Source: a virus (lineage: Duplodnaviria > Caudoviricetes). From it: a stretch of DNA of 28,233 nt. Of the stretch, positions 25,942 through 28,233 are shown in pieces; position 1 is the stretch's first letter, and every line of letters starts with the position of its first letter. The translations under genes were made by a program, and so were the position numbers. The DNA lies in IMG/VR virus record IMGVR_UViG_3300012940_001453, positions 1-28,233 of that record. One strand, written 5' to 3'. Below the pieces are notes generated by a model. It was not told the DNA's origin. It ran no database searches and saw nothing but the letters and a program-made list of their open reading frames with translations.

Positions 25942-25948
25942 GGGGTGA
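25217..25948 (+). CDS. Overprinted +1-frame protein: putative methyltransferase beta polypeptide (TRD plus motif IX)
   Basis: Open +1 frame with WPTPTA and NPNFLDWMMGWPIGWSD. Third codon positions are almost all G/C over 25553-25735. Start codon uncertain. Confidence 0.65.
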   Translation: MRLLSGVTLEPSTAALGAARFRSSLPAIPASPSPRPGSSLAPTIRATSGPKSPGSRARRRPNGSSARTWKATSIWDCPKSSRTFGEWATRLKQASFRRLKSVHPTYGAASSFWPTPTAVAGGNRTELEFSTKGLRFRVATDQTGKQVSLATASRLWTQMMVLAQALGMPVRDFGSYRFSRPLHLSLRAGTRSLPGEWTCNPNFLDWMMGWPIGWSDPMRPVTGWSLWKLRMRGALCALPLAEG

Positions 25949-25956
25949 GAGAGAGT

Positions 25957-26058
25957 GGTCGCAGGCGGATTTCGAGTAACGGTGGGGGTACTCTCGCCCG
26001 CCTGCGACCGGAGGTTTGGTTTTGAGGTATGCACTTGCCGGGGGGAGTTACCCCGGCA
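25957..26058. terminator. Two inverted repeats between convergent genes (terminators or sRNA)
   Basis: GGTCGCAGGCGG (25957-25968) / CCGCCTGCGACC (25998-26009), and TGCCGGGG / CCCCGGCA (26036-26058). Confidence 0.45.
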
Positions 26059-26090
26059 GGTCTATTGGTAGCCCCGAGGGGCAGCCCGAT

Positions 26091-26576
26091 CTATTGGGAT
26101 TTATCCCGAGGAGCCATGCGGACCCAACCGCCTTGCTCCCCGCTCGGGTCAGAGTCGATCCACATCGTCCAGGTCTCCCCGTTGCGCAGGCGCATGAGCA
26201 GCCCAAACCAATCATCCTCTCGTATGACGGGCGAGACGATGAAGGCGCCTACGAGCGTCGGCAGCACGTGCTCAAACTGAAAGCGGGCATTGGTGATCTG
26301 GGGGGAATATCGCGTCTCCCAGACGAATTTTGCAGCTTCCAGGATCGTTCGTGCGCCGAGCTTGCGACAGATATTGGAGCGGTGCCGCGAGACCGCCGCC
26401 GGGCTGATGAGAAGGACGTTGCTTACCTCAACTAAGTCCCGTCCTTCGGCCGTCAGGTGGAGCACTTCGAGTTCGCGGTTGGTAAGCAATGCGAATGGTG
26501 ATGTGTCAAAGGTGTTCTGAAATAACATCATTTTTGGTGTGTGCCTCCCAAACGCCTCTAGCAAGGCACTTTTCAA
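26091..26576 (-). CDS. LuxR-family HTH protein with C-terminal extension
   Basis: LTNRELEVLHLTAEG....EVSNVLLISPAAVSRHRSNICRKLG. Start uncertain. Confidence 0.8.
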   Translation of the reverse strand: MKSALLEAFGRHTPKMMLFQNTFDTSPFALLTNRELEVLHLTAEGRDLVEVSNVLLISPAAVSRHRSNICRKLGARTILEAAKFVWETRYSPQITNARFQFEHVLPTLVGAFIVSPVIREDDWFGLLMRLRNGETWTMWIDSDPSGEQGGWVRMAPRDKSQ

Positions 26577-26682
26577 TGGCCGCCTCTATCGTGAAAAATG
26601 CCGATGCGACGGACCGTCCCAACCTCTGGCTTAGCAACGTGGACAGGGCTAGTGTGGCGGTGCTCAAGGGGGCGGAATATCC

Positions 26683-27273
26683 ATGACCGAACAGATGCCG
26701 GACGGCCTCAGGCGCGCGGTGGTAATCGTTGCGCTGCTCAACCTGGCCTATTTTTTCGTCGAGTTCGTCGTGGCCCTCAGGATCGGCTCGGTTTCCCTCC
26801 TGGCCGATAGCGTCGACTTCCTGGAGGACACATCCGTCAACCTGCTCATCGCGGTCGCGATGGGGTGGGCGCTGGCCACCCGGGCAAAGGTAGGAATGGC
26901 GCTGGCCGCCATCCTGCTTATCCCAGCCTTGGCCTTCCTCTGGGCGCTTTGGGGCAAGTTCACCAACCCGGTGCCGCCCGAGCCCTTCGCGCTGTCCTTG
27001 ACGGGTCTCGGGGCGCTGGCGGTGAACGTGACTTGCGCCTTCATCCTCGCTCGGTACCGCCACCATAAAGGCAGCCTCACCAAGGCGGCATTTCTCTCGG
27101 CGCGTAACGACGCACTGGCCAACGTCGCCATCATCGCGGCCGGGCTCATTACGGTGGTCTATCCCTCGATCTGGCCGGACGTAGTTGTGGGGCTCGGCAT
27201 TGCCGTAATGAACGCGGACGCCGCAAGGGAGGTCTGGAGCGCGGCGCGCGAAGAGCATCGCGCCCAAGCCTAG
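26683..27273 (+). CDS. Cation diffusion facilitator (CDF) family transporter lacking the cytoplasmic C-terminal domain
   Basis: SVSLLADSVDFLED, AFLSARNDALAN, WPDVVVG. About six TM helices in 196 aa. Confidence 0.88.
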   Translation: MTEQMPDGLRRAVVIVALLNLAYFFVEFVVALRIGSVSLLADSVDFLEDTSVNLLIAVAMGWALATRAKVGMALAAILLIPALAFLWALWGKFTNPVPPEPFALSLTGLGALAVNVTCAFILARYRHHKGSLTKAAFLSARNDALANVAIIAAGLITVVYPSIWPDVVVGLGIAVMNADAAREVWSAAREEHRAQA

Positions 27274-27335
27274 GACGACTCTCGACGAAGTTTTCCGTCA
27301 ATTGGGTTCGCCGCGCGCTTAGATCATTTCGCCTT

Positions 27336-27350
27336 GTTCTTCTTCCGTTC
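27336..27350 (+). promoter_or_regulatory. Alphaproteobacterial LexA (SOS) box
   Basis: GTTC-TTCTTCC-GTTC fits GTTC-N7-GTTC, just upstream of a -10-like TATGAT (27360-27365). Confidence 0.7.
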
Positions 27351-27372
27351 CCGGCGCGGTATGATCCCGATC

Positions 27373-28233
27373 ATGCCGAAAAATTCGAACATGCCCCGGC
27401 TGCCCTGGCAGCGCTCGAAATATGAGACCGGTGCCTTCGTCGCCTACCCGAACGGGGAGGAGAACGGGGACCAGTTCGCCTGGGTCGGCCCCTGGCAGAT
27501 GACCCGTCCCAAAGATGGCGCGTGCTGGCCTTACGGCATCTCCTGGAAAGGGCGCTTCCACTTCATCAGCAACGGAACCTCCAGCAAGCAAGGCTCGGCC
27601 GACGCGGCGACCGAGGCCTGGTGGCTTCATCTCGAAAAGACCGAGGGCTGGGTGAAACCGCCGCCGCCGCCACCTCCGCCGCCACCCGATCCGCACCTGG
27701 TCATGCTGGCCGAACACCGCAGGCACCGCATCGCCGAGATGATGACCATGGAGCTCTGGGACCTCTCGGACCACTACTATGCCTACCGGGACGCCGCCTC
27801 GGGCGCTGGCCCCAGCATTGAGGGCGACCGCGAGCTGGATCGAGAGAGCTGGGAGGCCGCGCAGGGCGCTTTCGTCAAGCGGTTCGGCCATATCGACCCG
27901 GATTTCCACTTCATGGACGTGCGGCTGATGGTCCTCAACGTAGGCGGCAAGACGCTGGACATCGGCAGCCGGGCACGCCTCGACGTGGTAGTGCACAGCT
28001 TCCATCCCGTCGATGGCTGGGTGAACTATTCAGTGCCCGGCTGGGCACCCACGCGCGGACCCGTGGAGCTCTTCGTCGGCCAGAAGCTCGTCCAGGAGGG
28101 CAAGTATTCTCTGGTCGGCGTGGTGACAGGCATCGAGCGCAACCCCGATTGGGGCATGGCCGTCACCCTTGACGGCGTCGGCCCATTGCTGATGCCCGTG
28201 TCCTGGCGCGCCATCCGGGCGGTCGAGGAGTAG
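27373..28233 (+). CDS. Hypothetical multi-domain protein with poly-Pro linker, probably SOS-regulated
   Basis: Long ORF with G/C-rich third positions and a run of 10 Pro codons at 27658-27687. Start could be 27361, 27373 or 27391. Confidence 0.7.
   Translation: MPKNSNMPRLPWQRSKYETGAFVAYPNGEENGDQFAWVGPWQMTRPKDGACWPYGISWKGRFHFISNGTSSKQGSADAATEAWWLHLEKTEGWVKPPPPPPPPPPDPHLVMLAEHRRHRIAEMMTMELWDLSDHYYAYRDAASGAGPSIEGDRELDRESWEAAQGAFVKRFGHIDPDFHFMDVRLMVLNVGGKTLDIGSRARLDVVVHSFHPVDGWVNYSVPGWAPTRGPVELFVGQKLVQEGKYSLVGVVTGIERNPDWGMAVTLDGVGPLLMPVSWRAIRAVEE

Larger units (their letters stand above)
1..25948 (+). mobile_element. Prophage late region: Mu-like head, siphovirus tail with GTA-like baseplate, com-methyltransferase module (ends not defined in window)
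   Basis: Co-oriented, mostly translationally coupled genes in Mu-like order lysis-terminase-portal-F-I-T-tail-com. No transposase, integrase or att site visible. Confidence 0.93.

Noticed and set aside
26029-26280. 83-aa + strand ORF preceded by GAGGT
   Set aside because: The SD abuts the ATG, the ORF is mostly antisense to the luxR-like gene, and it has no motifs.
26640-26682. Possible MerR-type operator remnant before the CDF gene
   Set aside because: A TCAAG is present but there is no convincing dyad and no merR gene.
25949-27335. Mu-type right end (transposase-binding repeats, terminal CA) or att site
   Set aside because: No repeated end-binding motifs or tRNA remnant could be identified, so the boundary is unresolved.
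1-28233. CRISPR array, tRNA or rRNA genes
   Set aside because: No regularly spaced repeats or cloverleaf/T-loop signatures found by eye.

Overview
This window holds the late (virion) region of a high-GC, probably alphaproteobacterial prophage, almost all on the + strand. In order: a lysis cassette (GH108 endolysin, holin-like protein, DUF2730-like protein); a Mu-like packaging and head module (gp26/gp27-like proteins, terminase, DUF935 portal, gpF, protease I with a nested scaffold, gpT capsid, gp35/36/G/37-like proteins); a sheath-less siphovirus tail (tube, chaperone pair with a -1 slippery site, tape measure); an RcGTA-like baseplate (DUF2460, DUF2163, NlpC/P60, megatron); and fibre or receptor-binding genes (DUF2793, an SGNH esterase). 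Next comes a com-like gene overlapping a C5 cytosine methyltransferase in the position of Mu mom. The methyltransferase appears to be split over two overprinted reading frames, as in M.EcoHK31I. The right flank has a LuxR-HTH gene, a short CDF transporter and a hypothetical gene preceded by a LexA box. Several intergenic regions fold into dense hairpin arrays, one with a predicted kissing loop. All family assignments come from motif recognition and synteny, not database searches.
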